NCBI GenBank assembly: GCA_964536725.1
Contig: CAZHYJ010000005.1
Location: 3,084-67,083 of the forward strand
Source: an uncultured Gammaproteobacteria bacterium
Lineage (GTDB): Bacteria > Patescibacteriota > Patescibacteriia > Magasanikbacterales > GWA2-37-8
Direction: 5' to 3'
Length of the DNA stretch: 64,000 nucleotides
Shown: piece by piece, positions 39,515 through 50,515 of the stretch
How the letters are laid out: the number at the start of each line of letters is the position of its first letter
Position numbering within the stretch: position 1 is the first letter of the stretch
Notes under the pieces: model-generated
Database searches by the model: none
What the model saw: the letters and a program-made list of their open reading frames with translations, nothing else
Told to the model about the DNA's origin: nothing
Program-made: the position numbers and the translations under genes

Positions 39515-42052
39515 TTGGTTAAAATGGCAAAGGCAAAAAAACGCCTACAAGTGCGCCGTTGCGCGGTCTGTAACAAGGTGGGACACAACAAATCCACCTG
39601 CCCAAAATACCTCGCAACACTCAAACCAGCAGATCATCCTCGCACGGTTAATTTTTTTGTTCATCACGTTCAACATTCCCCCGCTCAATCACCGCATGTC
39701 ATTGATTTAAAAAGAGAAACCTCAAGTCATTGGAACAACGTGGAAACCGTATCACCTACTGAATCCACCAACCCACTATATCATTTTTATCACGAGGCAA
39801 AATCCGAAGTGGCACAACCAAACCAAAGTCTTTTTTCTGCCCCACTACAAAATGCCGGGCGACCGGAAATGATTGTAGAAGAAAAAACTGTTGAACAGAA
39901 AAAAGTAAAATCATTACCCCAAAAAACAAAACGTCAATTTACTAACCCCTTTAAACTAATCGGCGGAAAAGTCAAAAATACCCACACACAAATTTCCAAC
40001 AAAATCAAAAACAGCCTTACCACTACCAATGATGCAGTTGTTAATACAAAAAATAATTTAAAAAAAGCGCTCCAACCAAATTTGAAAAAGATGGCTTGGG
40101 CAATTGCACTAATGATATTAGCAACCATCGTCCCTGGACCAACTTGGGGATATTATCAAAATCTAAAACACACTACCGCCAACATCGCCGCCGATGGTGC
40201 CGCCGGTTTTATGTCCCTTCAAGATTCCACGACCGCCTTGATGCAAGCCAACATGCCATTGGCACAGGCATCCATCTCCGAAGCGCTAAGCCGTTTTGAT
40301 AGTGCGGTCACCACCATGGAAACAAAAAATAAATTTCTCCAGAGTTTTGCTTCAGCATTACCCTTTATCGGTGACGAAGTTTCTAGCCGACAAAAATTAG
40401 TACTTGCCGGACAACAACTCACATTAGGTAACACATACTTACTCAAAGGCCTAACTGAAAGCCAAAACGCTCCCTCCTCCACTCTCACCGCGCGTGCCAA
40501 TATTATTATCACCCACTTACGAGCAGCCGTTCCCAACTATGAAAAAGCTTTAGAGAATTTGCAAGCCGTCAAACCCGATGTTTTACCTTTGCAATATCAA
40601 GGTGTGTTCAAAGATTACCGCACACTTTTTGCCTCCATCTTCACTGATTTAAAAAACTTGGCCAATTTAGGCGATGCTGTCCAAGAGGCGTTCGGCGGTA
40701 AAGGACTACGCCGTTATTTATTAATCTTCCAAAACGTCAGCGAGATTCGTGCGACTGGTGGTTTCATGGGTAGCTTCGCCATTCTCACTGTGAAAGATGG
40801 TGAAATTATTAATCTAGAAGTCCCCCCAAATGGTACCTATGATTTAAAAAAACAACTGGACATCTACGTCGAGCCACCTCGTCCCATGTTACTATCCAAT
40901 CGCCGTTGGGAATTCCAAGACGCCAATTGGTTCCCTGATTTCCCGGCTAGTGCCGAAAAAATTCTTTGGTTCTATCAACACAGTCGCAATGAAACCGCTG
41001 ATGGTGTGATTGCAATCAACTCCACTGTTTTGGAAAGAATTTTAGGAGTAATCGGCCCCGTGACTGACGAGAAGCGCGGCTTGGTTTTAACCCAAGAGAA
41101 TGCGATCAACACGATCCAACAAAAAGTAGAAACCTGGGACGCAGAGAAAAAAGATTATCGACCAAAACAGATTATCACCGACCTCTCCCAAACCTTCTTG
41201 GAATATTTTAAAAACATCGAACCACAAAATCTTTTACCACTGTTAGTAAACTTACAAGAATCGCTTGGACAAAAAGAAGTCCAGGTATATTTTACTGATT
41301 TCAAAACCGAAAGAGCCATCAAAGATTTTGGTTGGGGCGGACAAATTCTCAACACCAATGCCAATCAAGATTACTTGATGGTAGTAAACACCAACATCCA
41401 AGGACAGAAAACTGACGCCAACATCAAACAGGTTATCAGCCACCAAGCTGTGATTGCGGATGACGGTTCAATCACCGATACCGTGACGATTGCTCGCACC
41501 CACACTGGCATAAACGACGGTAGTTTGTATGGTGGAACCAATATCGACTACATTCGTCTGTATGTCCCACAGGGCACTGAACTAATCTCTGCCAACGGTT
41601 TTACCTGGCCTGAAGAAAAATATTTCCGCGCACCAGATAGCTGGACCAAAAAAGATGCATTTTTGGCAGAGATGGAAAAAGAAATTAAAATCGATGCCCA
41701 AAGCGGCACGCGTATCACGAACGAATTTAACAAAACAGCTTTCGGCAACTGGATAATCACCGAGCCGGGGCAAACTTCGCAGATTGAATTTGTCTATCGT
41801 ATCCCAAGCAATGTATTTTCGACTGAAAAACAATCTGATAAAGTCCAGAAAAAAACTGCACGTTACCAACTAATCACTCAAAGACAGTCTGGTTCAGAAA
41901 CTAGTTTTGAAAGTCAGATAATTTTACCGAATAATTTAACACCGGTTTGGAAAGATGGTCTTGAAACTGAAGTGGCCGCCAATGGCATGGTGATTGCCCC
42001 ACAACAATTGAAGAGTGACCGAATCTGGAGCTTGGTGGCTGAACAAAAGTAA
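39515..42052 (+). CDS. Large membrane-anchored extracytoplasmic hypothetical protein with an N-terminal Zn-ribbon-like motif (probable start ATG 39524)
   Basis: RRCAVCNKVGHNKSTCPKY gives a CxxC..H..C knuckle. One TM (WAIALMILATIVPGPTWGYY) and about 620 aa outside. No catalytic motif recognised. Confidence 0.5.
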   Translation: MVKMAKAKKRLQVRRCAVCNKVGHNKSTCPKYLATLKPADHPRTVNFFVHHVQHSPAQSPHVIDLKRETSSHWNNVETVSPTESTNPLYHFYHEAKSEVAQPNQSLFSAPLQNAGRPEMIVEEKTVEQKKVKSLPQKTKRQFTNPFKLIGGKVKNTHTQISNKIKNSLTTTNDAVVNTKNNLKKALQPNLKKMAWAIALMILATIVPGPTWGYYQNLKHTTANIAADGAAGFMSLQDSTTALMQANMPLAQASISEALSRFDSAVTTMETKNKFLQSFASALPFIGDEVSSRQKLVLAGQQLTLGNTYLLKGLTESQNAPSSTLTARANIIITHLRAAVPNYEKALENLQAVKPDVLPLQYQGVFKDYRTLFASIFTDLKNLANLGDAVQEAFGGKGLRRYLLIFQNVSEIRATGGFMGSFAILTVKDGEIINLEVPPNGTYDLKKQLDIYVEPPRPMLLSNRRWEFQDANWFPDFPASAEKILWFYQHSRNETADGVIAINSTVLERILGVIGPVTDEKRGLVLTQENAINTIQQKVETWDAEKKDYRPKQIITDLSQTFLEYFKNIEPQNLLPLLVNLQESLGQKEVQVYFTDFKTERAIKDFGWGGQILNTNANQDYLMVVNTNIQGQKTDANIKQVISHQAVIADDGSITDTVTIARTHTGINDGSLYGGTNIDYIRLYVPQGTELISANGFTWPEEKYFRAPDSWTKKDAFLAEMEKEIKIDAQSGTRITNEFNKTAFGNWIITEPGQTSQIEFVYRIPSNVFSTEKQSDKVQKKTARYQLITQRQSGSETSFESQIILPNNLTPVWKDGLETEVAANGMVIAPQQLKSDRIWSLVAEQK

Positions 42053-42084
42053 CTAAAATAACTTAAAAAATATTTTAAAAAAAT

Positions 42085-44016
42085 ATGGCTGAAGAAACCC
42101 CTTCTTTTACTACCCAACGTATTTCCAAAGAACCAACAAAACCAAAAAGACGAATAATACGAAAGCGTGCAACAGCTACTGCTGCGCCGCGCGCACGTCG
42201 CCCATCCGTTCCAAAAGAACCATCTATCAACACCGAAAGAATTAATCAGCAACTAAACGACATCTACCGTGATGAAAGCGGCAAAATCCCTGATATGAGT
42301 AGAATAAAAATTAAAAAAGAGGGGTCAATATTCAAGAAGTTTTTTATCTTCTTAATCGTCGCTGGGTTGCTAGCTGCCGCCGCGTGGACCGGTTTTTTCA
42401 TGATGCCAAAAAATAATATCTCCGACACACAAGTTGCCGTCACTATCGAAGGACCAGAGAATCCGGTTTTTGGCGCTACCACTACTTATGATATAGTTGT
42501 CGCCAATCAACAGGCAGTAGGAATTAAAAATATCAACCTCACTGTACGCTATCCTGAAAGCTTTGTCTTTGGCACTAGCACCATATCCCCCACTAATCAA
42601 GGCAACACCGAATGGAATTTGGGTGACTTAGCAGGAAACAAAAACAAAAAATTGCAAATTAGCGGTGTCTACTATGGTGCTCTAGACCAAGACCAGTCCT
42701 GGCGAGCATCAGCACGCTACAAACCAGAAAATTTCAACTCGGAATTGCAACGTAGTGCCGTTAAAACAACGCGTATTACTCGCTCCCCTTTCTCTTTGAC
42801 TTTAACCGGACCGGATAAAATTGCTATTGGCAACGAGGTAACATATCTCATCACTTTAGAAGATCGCGAAGGAAAACCAAATCAAAAATTTGTTATTCAA
42901 AATACCTGGCCAACCAATTTCTATCCCACCAGCTCAACGCCAGCACTAGAAAAAAACAACAGTTGGATATTTGTTTACACTCCCCCAACGTCAACTACTT
43001 CTACTCCAGTCTTACCGATTAAACAAACTTTTAAAATTACCGGCAAGTTTAGTGACAGTGACCAAAAAAATGTCACAATGAAATCTGCCTTACTTTTTGT
43101 CACCAACAAAAACAGCTATCAAATCGGTGATGCTTCGGTGACTACTGAGTTAATCAAAAACTCTGTTTCACTCCAGCTCGCTATCAATGGATCGCTCGAG
43201 AAAATCACCACTCGACCGGAGGAAAATTTAAATGTTACTGTTGCGACAAAAAATGAAAGTGCAAGTAAATTAACTAAAGCGACGATCAATATATATTTCG
43301 ACGCCCCGGCTTACAAAAAAACCAGCGTAATTGACTGGGCGAAGATTACTGACAAGCTGGATGGCGACGTGGTGGGTAAACAAATTTCTGATACTATCCG
43401 CCAAGGAAAAATTACCTGGAACAGCTCCAAATTAAGCACCCTAGGCAACTGGAAAGCGGGCGGAGAAATTCAGTTCGATTTCCAAGTACCACTCAAAGAT
43501 ACCAAAGCGGTTGATTGGAGTACGATTAGCGAGACGAAAATAGTGGCCACCCCAGAGATTGTTTTCACTGACTCCGCTGGCGCAGTACAAACCATTACCG
43601 GTAAACCACTCGAGATTATCATCAATTCCGATCTAAGTTTGGAAGTGAGAGAAGAGATTGAAAACACCGATGGTAAAGATGTCCACAATGTTACTTGGGT
43701 AATTAACAACAGCGTCCATCCACTCAAGAATATTACCCTAAGTGCTGACCTCTACGGCGATATCACAGTAACCAATCCAATTGTCGCTCCAGCCGGTACT
43801 GTCACCTATGACGCAAAAGAGAAAAAGATAACCTGGGAGATACCACAGATGGGTAGTGAGACTGATGTCTTAGCACTCCCCTTCACTATCACGATCAACA
43901 AAAAGAATCCCACGCAAAATCTGTTGGTGAGTAAAGTTCGAGTCCGGGCTGAGGATACGGTCACAGGTGAAAAGTTAGATTTAATGGGCGAAGAAATACC
44001 GTTGGTGACTCAGTAA
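42085..44016 (+). CDS. Large membrane-anchored surface protein (hypothetical; beta-rich repeat-like ectodomain)
   Basis: Basic N-terminal tail (KPKRRIIRKRATATAAPRARRPS), one TM (FFIFLIVAGLLAAAAWTGFFMM), and a roughly 520 aa Thr/Asn/Val-rich ectodomain with recurring motifs (ITLS.DLYGDITVTN; NLTVRYPESF). Confidence 0.5.
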   Translation: MAEETPSFTTQRISKEPTKPKRRIIRKRATATAAPRARRPSVPKEPSINTERINQQLNDIYRDESGKIPDMSRIKIKKEGSIFKKFFIFLIVAGLLAAAAWTGFFMMPKNNISDTQVAVTIEGPENPVFGATTTYDIVVANQQAVGIKNINLTVRYPESFVFGTSTISPTNQGNTEWNLGDLAGNKNKKLQISGVYYGALDQDQSWRASARYKPENFNSELQRSAVKTTRITRSPFSLTLTGPDKIAIGNEVTYLITLEDREGKPNQKFVIQNTWPTNFYPTSSTPALEKNNSWIFVYTPPTSTTSTPVLPIKQTFKITGKFSDSDQKNVTMKSALLFVTNKNSYQIGDASVTTELIKNSVSLQLAINGSLEKITTRPEENLNVTVATKNESASKLTKATINIYFDAPAYKKTSVIDWAKITDKLDGDVVGKQISDTIRQGKITWNSSKLSTLGNWKAGGEIQFDFQVPLKDTKAVDWSTISETKIVATPEIVFTDSAGAVQTITGKPLEIIINSDLSLEVREEIENTDGKDVHNVTWVINNSVHPLKNITLSADLYGDITVTNPIVAPAGTVTYDAKEKKITWEIPQMGSETDVLALPFTITINKKNPTQNLLVSKVRVRAEDTVTGEKLDLMGEEIPLVTQ

Positions 44017-44028
44017 ACAAAAAACAAA

Positions 44029-44058
44029 ATATGCCGATTAAGTCGGCATATTTTTTTG
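44029..44058 (+). terminator. Intrinsic terminator
   Basis: Stem atatgccga/tcggcatat followed by ttttttt, the same stem as at 1963-1987. Confidence 0.75.
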
Positions 44059-44084
44059 TTTTCCAAATATCGCTTAGAAACAAC

Positions 44085-44113
44085 TTACCACCAGCTGAAA
44101 GCCGGTGGTAAGA
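44085..44113 (-). terminator. Hairpin downstream of pgm, a candidate terminator
   Basis: Perfect 9-bp stem cttaccacc/ggtggtaag, followed on the minus strand by ttgtttct. Confidence 0.45.
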
Positions 44114-44196
44114 GTTGACGTTAAAGATTTTACTCTCTAATATCACAATAGTAAGTATAGCACAAAACAACAATTTTGTCAAGTTTTTTAGCTAAA

Positions 44197-45561
44197 TTAT
44201 GCTAAAATAACTCGCTCCACCTCTTTTGTTTTTTCTTGCATCAATATTTCAGTGCGCGCCTCTAAATTCAAGCGCAATAATGGTTCGGTATTGCTTCCTC
44301 GCACATTAAACCACCAATCTGGATAGGTAAAAGTCACACCATCCAATTCGTTAATAACCGCCTCGTGATATTTTTCTTTCAAACGAACCAGTGCACCAGC
44401 CTTATCTTCCACTGTATAATTTATCTCTCCCGAATGAAAATATCTTTTTAAAGGCTCAACATATTCTGCTACAGACAAACCTGACTCAGACAACTCCTGT
44501 AATAATTTTACCGCTACAACAAGTGGTGATTCAAAAGAACCATAAGGGAAACGTACAAAGAAGTGTCCCGAAGACTCTCCACCAAAAACTGCGCCCTCTT
44601 TCAACATTTGCTCTTTAATCAAAGAGTGCCCAACACGTGTTACCGATGGTTTACCGCCACCTTCTAAAATCATATCTTCAGTTATCTTCCCCGGACGAAT
44701 ATCGTAACAAATCACTGCCCCTGGATTGGTGCGCAAAAATATGCGCGCCATTATTCCCCGAACAATCGCCGGCTCAACCACCTTACCTTCATTATCTACA
44801 AAAAATATTCGATCCCCATCACCATCCGTGGCAATTCCCAAATCTGCACCCTCTACTTTTACCCGCTCGCACAGATCATGGGTATTTTCTTCTTGAAAAG
44901 GATCAGGCTGATGACTAGGAAAAGTACCGTCCAGTTCACTATTCATTTTTACCAGCTCTATTTGTGGAAAATTAGCAAAAAGCGGCTCGAGATAAGTAAT
45001 ACCCATAGAATTGGCCGTATCCAACACTATCTTAAACGGCTTAATCTTAGAAAAATCAGCCCACTGTTTGGTGATTTCAACTTCTTCTCTGCCAATATTA
45101 TTATGTTCTGTCACTTTGCCTTTTGTTGCCGCCGCCGTCAACATATTCTCGCGCACAATTTCTTTTAGTTCCTCCATACCCATCCCCTTACCTACCGGTT
45201 TCGACTCTTCGCGCACCAATTTTAGCCCATTATATTCTTTAGGATTATGCGAAGCAGTTACCAAAATACCACCATCATATTTAAAATATGCCACTGCGAA
45301 ATAAAAAGTTGGCGTGGAGGCCAAACCGATATCGACTACGTCACCACCCTGGTCGACCACACCCTGTTTTAGAGCAGAAAACAAAGCTGGCGAAGAAAGA
45401 CGCATATCATGCCCCACCACCAATTTTACACTGTCCCTACCCAATTCTTTTTGACGTAAAAAAGTAAATGCCTGGCCAACCCGATAGGCCAAATCTTCGT
45501 CCAATTCACTCGGGTACAGCCCACGAATATCATAGGCCTTAAAAATATTTTCTGGGAACAT
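44197..45561 (-). CDS. Phosphoglucomutase/phosphomannomutase (alpha-D-phosphohexomutase)
   Basis: Active-site serine loop TASHNPKEYNGLK, metal-binding DGDGDR (ATDGDGDRIFF) and the sugar-binding region. Confidence 0.9.
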   Translation of the reverse strand: MFPENIFKAYDIRGLYPSELDEDLAYRVGQAFTFLRQKELGRDSVKLVVGHDMRLSSPALFSALKQGVVDQGGDVVDIGLASTPTFYFAVAYFKYDGGILVTASHNPKEYNGLKLVREESKPVGKGMGMEELKEIVRENMLTAAATKGKVTEHNNIGREEVEITKQWADFSKIKPFKIVLDTANSMGITYLEPLFANFPQIELVKMNSELDGTFPSHQPDPFQEENTHDLCERVKVEGADLGIATDGDGDRIFFVDNEGKVVEPAIVRGIMARIFLRTNPGAVICYDIRPGKITEDMILEGGGKPSVTRVGHSLIKEQMLKEGAVFGGESSGHFFVRFPYGSFESPLVVAVKLLQELSESGLSVAEYVEPLKRYFHSGEINYTVEDKAGALVRLKEKYHEAVINELDGVTFTYPDWWFNVRGSNTEPLLRLNLEARTEILMQEKTKEVERVILA

Positions 45562-45591
45562 AAAATTGATGAATTTTAAGGTAAATTAGCT

Positions 45592-45620
45592 TTGACGCAC
45601 CACTTAAAATATTATATAAT
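45592..45620 (+). promoter_or_regulatory. Sigma70-like promoter for the clpC-like gene (TTGACG-17-TATAAT)
   Basis: Near-consensus hexamers with 17-nt spacing, about 55 nt upstream of the ATG at 45676. Confidence 0.6.
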
Positions 45621-45675
45621 ACAACCGCCTAATAGGCAAACTTTTTTCGTATTTTAAAACTGTTGCAAGCAAAGT

Positions 45676-48198
45676 ATGAACATCCTCGATCGCTTCTCCA
45701 CCCACCTCAAAAACACCCTTACCAAAGCCATAAAAGTGGCTACAGACTTGAGAAATCCGAACGTCGAACCAATCCACCTTTTGTATGTTTTGTTTGGTGA
45801 AAAAGGGTCAATCGGAGCGGAAGTTTTAAGTCGTTTAAAAATCGGACAGCGTGAAACGGAAAACATCATTTTAACCTTACCCGCTGAGCCAGAAACCGGC
45901 ACGCAAAATACCCCGACAGAGGTCATCGCCCCCCTCTCCCCCTTAACCAAAGGTGCTTTGGAAAAAGCGATGCTCATTGCCGAAGAAAATCACCATAACT
46001 ATGTCGGCACTGAACACTTACTGCATGCTTTGGTTAACTTAGGCGACCAGAAAATTTTAACCCTTTTAAAAACTTGCCACGTCGAGCTAGGAGTAGTTAA
46101 CAAACAGTTGGAAACCGTACTTAACAACGCCACCCAATTCCCCCAAATTAGTGAAGCGATGGATGTTTTGGATAAGTTTACGGGAGATTTGGACAGTCAC
46201 AGGGATCCAGTGTCCGCCGCACCAAAAAACAACAAAAAAAACAACCGCTCCAAAGAAAGTGCTTTGGATTTTTTTGCTACCAATTTAACTGCCAAAGAAA
46301 ACCAAAAAAATATCGACCCGGTAATCGGTCGCGAAAAAGAGATCGAACGCATTATCCAAATAATCTGCCGCCGTACCAAAAACAACCCCGTACTACTTGG
46401 TGATCCGGGTGTCGGCAAAACTGCCATCGTCGAAGGATTAGCTCGCCGCATCACTTTGGGTGAAGTTCCAGACCTGTTGTTAAACAAAAAAATCTACTCA
46501 CTCGACATGGGACTCCTGATCGCCGGCACCATTTACCGCGGTGAATTCGAAGGCCGGCTCAAACAAGTGATCGACGAAGTGGCACAAGACCCCAACATCA
46601 TTCTTTTCATTGACGAAATACACAACATCGTCGGTGCTGGTTCGAACCAAGGCACAATGGACGCCGCTAACATTTTAAAACCCGTACTAGCTCGTGGCCA
46701 AATTCGTTGTATCGGTGCCACTACTCCAGGAGAATTTAAAAAACATATTGAAAATGACGCTGCGTTGGAGCGCCGTTTCCAACCAGTGATGGTCGGTGAA
46801 CCATCCGCTGAGGAGACGATAAAGATAATCGAGGGAGTGAAGAAGAATTACGAACTTTACCATCGGATTAAAATTGAACCGGATGCCATTGAGGCCGCTG
46901 TCCGACTTTCAATGCGTCATATCGCCAACAAATTTTTACCTGACAAAGCGATTGATTTGATTGACGAAACTGCCGCGGCTAAACGTATTAAATCAAAACC
47001 CTTGTCCTGGCAGAACAAATTGTTCCACCTGCGTCAAAAACTTGAACAAACAATTTTGGATAAAGAAAATGCTGCCCGAACAGACAAATTTGATGAGGCA
47101 GTAAAACACAAAAAGATTGAGGAGGAAATTAGAAAGGAGATAATAAAAATCGAAAAACAGGCTGAGGAAAAACAACCAAAGATGATTGGCTCAATTACCG
47201 CCAAAGATGTTGCGGAACAGCTTTCCAAAATTACTGGCGCCAAATTAACTGACTTGAATAAAGAAGAAAAGGTGTCGATTGCCGAAAAATTAAAAACCCA
47301 AATCGTCGGCCAAGACGAGACAATCGAAAGTGTCGCCAAACAAATTCGTCGCGCTGAATTGGAACTGTCACACCCTGACCGACCACTGGCCTCATTTTTG
47401 TTCGTCGGTGCTAGTGGTGTAGGCAAAACTGAACTAGCCAAAGTACTAGCCGAGACCCTCTACCCCGGCCGTGACGCCCTCATCAAATTGGACATGAGCG
47501 AATTCAACGAGGCATTTGGTGTTTCCAAATTACTCGGTTCCCCCGCTGGATATATCGGCTACCGTGAGTCAAACCAATTCACCGACAAATTAAAATTAAA
47601 CCCCTACTCCGTAGTACTGTTTGATGAAATCGACAAAGCCCACAAAGATGTCGCCAAACTACTTTTACAAATTTTAGAAAACGGGGAAATTACTGACTCC
47701 ACGGGCAAGAAAATTTCTTTAAGACATGGTATAATAATACTAACAACCACCGTCGGAGCCGAAGACCTCCAACGGGGAAATTTTGGTTTTAGTGAGACTA
47801 CAAATTTAACCAAAGAAAATCTAAAAAAAGTTACTGAAACGTTAAAACAACATTTCTCACCTGAGGTGATCAACCGCCTTGATCAAATCTGTCTGTTCAA
47901 TCCCCTGACATCCGCCGACTTAGTTAAAATTGCCGAATTAGAAATCAAACGTCTCAATACTCGGCTCACCCACTATCAAACGAATATTGTCGCCGACGAA
48001 AAAATATTAAAACAATTTTTAGTACAATTACCAAAAGAAAAAAACAGTGCCCGTGATTTAAGAAGAGAGGTGCGTGGACAGATTGAGGAATTAATTGCAG
48101 GGGAAATAATGTCCACCAAAGACGAATCCGCCTCGGGCGGAAAGATGAAGAGTAAATATCAATTAACTTTTAAAGATAACCAGTTAGCTTTAAAATAA
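45676..48198 (+). CDS. AAA+ Clp/Hsp100 chaperone, ClpC-like (two NBDs, short middle domain)
   Basis: Clp_N repeats, NBD1 [18 protein letters not shown]2 [15 protein letters not shown], sensor and arginine-finger motifs. The middle domain is about 65 aa, short relative to ClpB. Confidence 0.9.
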   Translation: MNILDRFSTHLKNTLTKAIKVATDLRNPNVEPIHLLYVLFGEKGSIGAEVLSRLKIGQRETENIILTLPAEPETGTQNTPTEVIAPLSPLTKGALEKAMLIAEENHHNYVGTEHLLHALVNLGDQKILTLLKTCHVELGVVNKQLETVLNNATQFPQISEAMDVLDKFTGDLDSHRDPVSAAPKNNKKNNRSKESALDFFATNLTAKENQKNIDPVIGREKEIERIIQIICRRTKNNPVLLGDPGVGKTAIVEGLARRITLGEVPDLLLNKKIYSLDMGLLIAGTIYRGEFEGRLKQVIDEVAQDPNIILFIDEIHNIVGAGSNQGTMDAANILKPVLARGQIRCIGATTPGEFKKHIENDAALERRFQPVMVGEPSAEETIKIIEGVKKNYELYHRIKIEPDAIEAAVRLSMRHIANKFLPDKAIDLIDETAAAKRIKSKPLSWQNKLFHLRQKLEQTILDKENAARTDKFDEAVKHKKIEEEIRKEIIKIEKQAEEKQPKMIGSITAKDVAEQLSKITGAKLTDLNKEEKVSIAEKLKTQIVGQDETIESVAKQIRRAELELSHPDRPLASFLFVGASGVGKTELAKVLAETLYPGRDALIKLDMSEFNEAFGVSKLLGSPAGYIGYRESNQFTDKLKLNPYSVVLFDEIDKAHKDVAKLLLQILENGEITDSTGKKISLRHGIIILTTTVGAEDLQRGNFGFSETTNLTKENLKKVTETLKQHFSPEVINRLDQICLFNPLTSADLVKIAELEIKRLNTRLTHYQTNIVADEKILKQFLVQLPKEKNSARDLRREVRGQIEELIAGEIMSTKDESASGGKMKSKYQLTFKDNQLALK

Positions 48199-48199
48199 T

Positions 48200-50497
48200 A
48201 TGCCGGACGAAGCGGCACAGCCAGTAGTCGACAACGACCGAGAAACAGCAAACACAGAGCAACCAAAAGTTGGTAGTGTTAAGGTTGAAGGAGACGATAC
48301 GAAAGTGGAAAAACAAGGTAACGTATACCATGTTAATTTTGGTGGAGAAAAAGAAGTGGCAACTACACAAACCAATAAATCTCCAGTGACGACTACAGAA
48401 ACCAATGAATCTCCAAAAAACAACGTGAGCCCTTTACCACAACCACAATCGCCAACACCAACACCCGCGGCACAAACACTACCTCCGACACACACACCGG
48501 CCAATACTGGTAATACAAAACCAAACAATTCTCAAATAAATAAACAAAATCCAGCAACCAGATCGACCAAACCAGATATAGACAAAAACGCTCCTTCCTC
48601 AGCACCGACTGCCAAAATTCCTTCAACACAAACAAACGGCCAACCTTCAGCAAACCCAGAAGGCGCCACTACAGGCGAAAACCAATCACCGGCTACTCTT
48701 CCTGAACAAAACGAGGGAGAGCAAGGCACACCAACCGAGCAAGCACAAACAGCAACAACACCACCAACCAGCCAACTAAGCCCAGAACAACAAAGAGAAG
48801 CCGGCCAAGAAATGAAAAAAGACTCCTTAGGAAAAAGAATTTCTGATGCTGGAAACAAGCTGGCAGATGTTGGACAAAAAATTGCAGATACTCCAGAAAA
48901 TATTAGAAAAAAAGGCAGGGCCATAAAAAATAAAGCTAAGGCTTTAAAAAAAGGGGCTGCTGCCGCTATTAAAAACCCCAAACAATTCGGGAAAAATTTG
49001 GGAAAAAACATGGGCAAGAAAATTGCCCAATCAGGTGTACGCAACCTAGATAAAATGGCAAAAGGCGCACAAAACAAATTAAAAGACGCTGCCAATAGCC
49101 TGCGTACTAGCGGCATGAAAAAAAGAAAATTATTAAAAGATATAAAAAAAATCGACAAAGAATTAGACGAATTACAAGGCAGTCTTACTAGTTTAAAAGC
49201 TTCAAAAGCACTATTAGCACTAAAATTTTTCTTCCCCGGTCTATACAGCAAAATTGCCGGTGTAACAGAAATAAAGAGCGGTGCATCACAAAAAGTGAAA
49301 GTGGCCAAGCTTGAAGCCCAAGCCACGGCACTCAAATCCGCCAAAGCTGCATTACAAACAGCGCAGTTTGCGGCTGCGGTATTAGACGCCTTGGTGTCCA
49401 TCGGAGAGATGATTGCCTATACATTATCTACGATTTTGCTACCGGTTTTAATTATTCTCTTATCGCCACTATTACTAATGATATTAGTACCAATATATCT
49501 TACACTCGGTGGAAAGTTCTCGAGAATTTTTAAACAATTAGTAACGCAAATAAACAAAGTCCTCGAACCATTAGAAAAAACATTAGTTATAGAAAAAAAG
49601 AAATTAGCACTAATGAACAATAAAAAAGACAAACGCGCTGAAATAACAAAGGTAGGAACCGAAGAAGAGATCCAAAGAAAAAGAGAACAGGAACCAGAGG
49701 CGCAACCAGAACCAAGTAAACCAGAAGAGAAAAAACCTGAAGAAACAGGCGCAAACACAGAAGAAACAAAAGCAACAGAACCAGAAAAAACTCCTGAGAC
49801 AACACAATCACAATCATCAGAAGGAAATGCCCCGCAAGAAGCTCCTGAAGCACAACCAGCAGAAACAGCAAATCCAACAGAAACAGAAACGACTACACAA
49901 CCACAGACCGGAGCCGAAGAAAGTGCAGAAGGAAAAGAGGCGGAAACAACAGAGACACCCAAACCTGAAACACAGGACATTACAAAACCAACGGCACCAA
50001 AACCCGAAGTACAAAAACCAACTGCACCACCAACCGAGGTACAAAAACCAGAAGAACAATCACAAAATAACAACGCAACAAAAGAAGGCGGTCCGGAAAC
50101 AGTCGAACAACCAACACAAAACCAAACACCTGGGAAAACTGCACCACAACCAATGCAAACACCAGCGGCTCAACAACAAAATCAAGTCGCGGCACCGCAA
50201 CCTTCCGTCCAACCAGCTCCACCACCACCTGCAGCAGAGCCGACCGAACAAGCACAGACAGCAGAAGGTCAGCCAGCGAGTGCAGAAGAAAAACCAGCCG
50301 CACCACCAACTGAAGAACAAAAACCAGAAACAACCGAACCACAAGAAACCGAGGTGCAAACCGACGGTCGATCGATTAAAGAACCAAAAATAGAAATGAA
50401 AGTGGACGTAAAAGTAAAAACCAAAGGCAAAGATGGCAAACAGTCAAAAATCAAAGTCGACGAAGAAAAAGGTGAAAACATAAAATTAGCCGCTTAA
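48200..50497 (+). CDS. Low-complexity Pro/Thr/Gln/Glu-rich protein with a central basic amphipathic region and two TM helices
   Basis: 765-aa ORF starting 2 nt after the clpC stop. Long PT/Q/E-rich tracts (PTAPKPEVQKPTAPPTEVQKPEEQ) and TM segments IAYTLSTILLPVLIILLSPLLLMILVPIYLTLG. Antisense ORFs here are low-complexity artefacts. Confidence 0.55.
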   Translation: MPDEAAQPVVDNDRETANTEQPKVGSVKVEGDDTKVEKQGNVYHVNFGGEKEVATTQTNKSPVTTTETNESPKNNVSPLPQPQSPTPTPAAQTLPPTHTPANTGNTKPNNSQINKQNPATRSTKPDIDKNAPSSAPTAKIPSTQTNGQPSANPEGATTGENQSPATLPEQNEGEQGTPTEQAQTATTPPTSQLSPEQQREAGQEMKKDSLGKRISDAGNKLADVGQKIADTPENIRKKGRAIKNKAKALKKGAAAAIKNPKQFGKNLGKNMGKKIAQSGVRNLDKMAKGAQNKLKDAANSLRTSGMKKRKLLKDIKKIDKELDELQGSLTSLKASKALLALKFFFPGLYSKIAGVTEIKSGASQKVKVAKLEAQATALKSAKAALQTAQFAAAVLDALVSIGEMIAYTLSTILLPVLIILLSPLLLMILVPIYLTLGGKFSRIFKQLVTQINKVLEPLEKTLVIEKKKLALMNNKKDKRAEITKVGTEEEIQRKREQEPEAQPEPSKPEEKKPEETGANTEETKATEPEKTPETTQSQSSEGNAPQEAPEAQPAETANPTETETTTQPQTGAEESAEGKEAETTETPKPETQDITKPTAPKPEVQKPTAPPTEVQKPEEQSQNNNATKEGGPETVEQPTQNQTPGKTAPQPMQTPAAQQQNQVAAPQPSVQPAPPPPAAEPTEQAQTAEGQPASAEEKPAAPPTEEQKPETTEPQETEVQTDGRSIKEPKIEMKVDVKVKTKGKDGKQSKIKVDEEKGENIKLAA

Positions 50498-50515
50498 AAT
50501 ATTTAAACAAAATAT

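Noticed and set aside
48190-50481. Dense stack of minus-strand and alternative-frame ORFs (for example 48532-49401, 49417-50073, 49827-50393) across the Pro/Thr-rich gene
   Set aside because: Low-complexity, codon-repetitive DNA gives long open frames on all strands. The products are Cys/Phe/Leu- or His/Gln/Lys-rich artefacts. Only the 765-aa plus-strand frame is continuous from a start adjacent to clpC.
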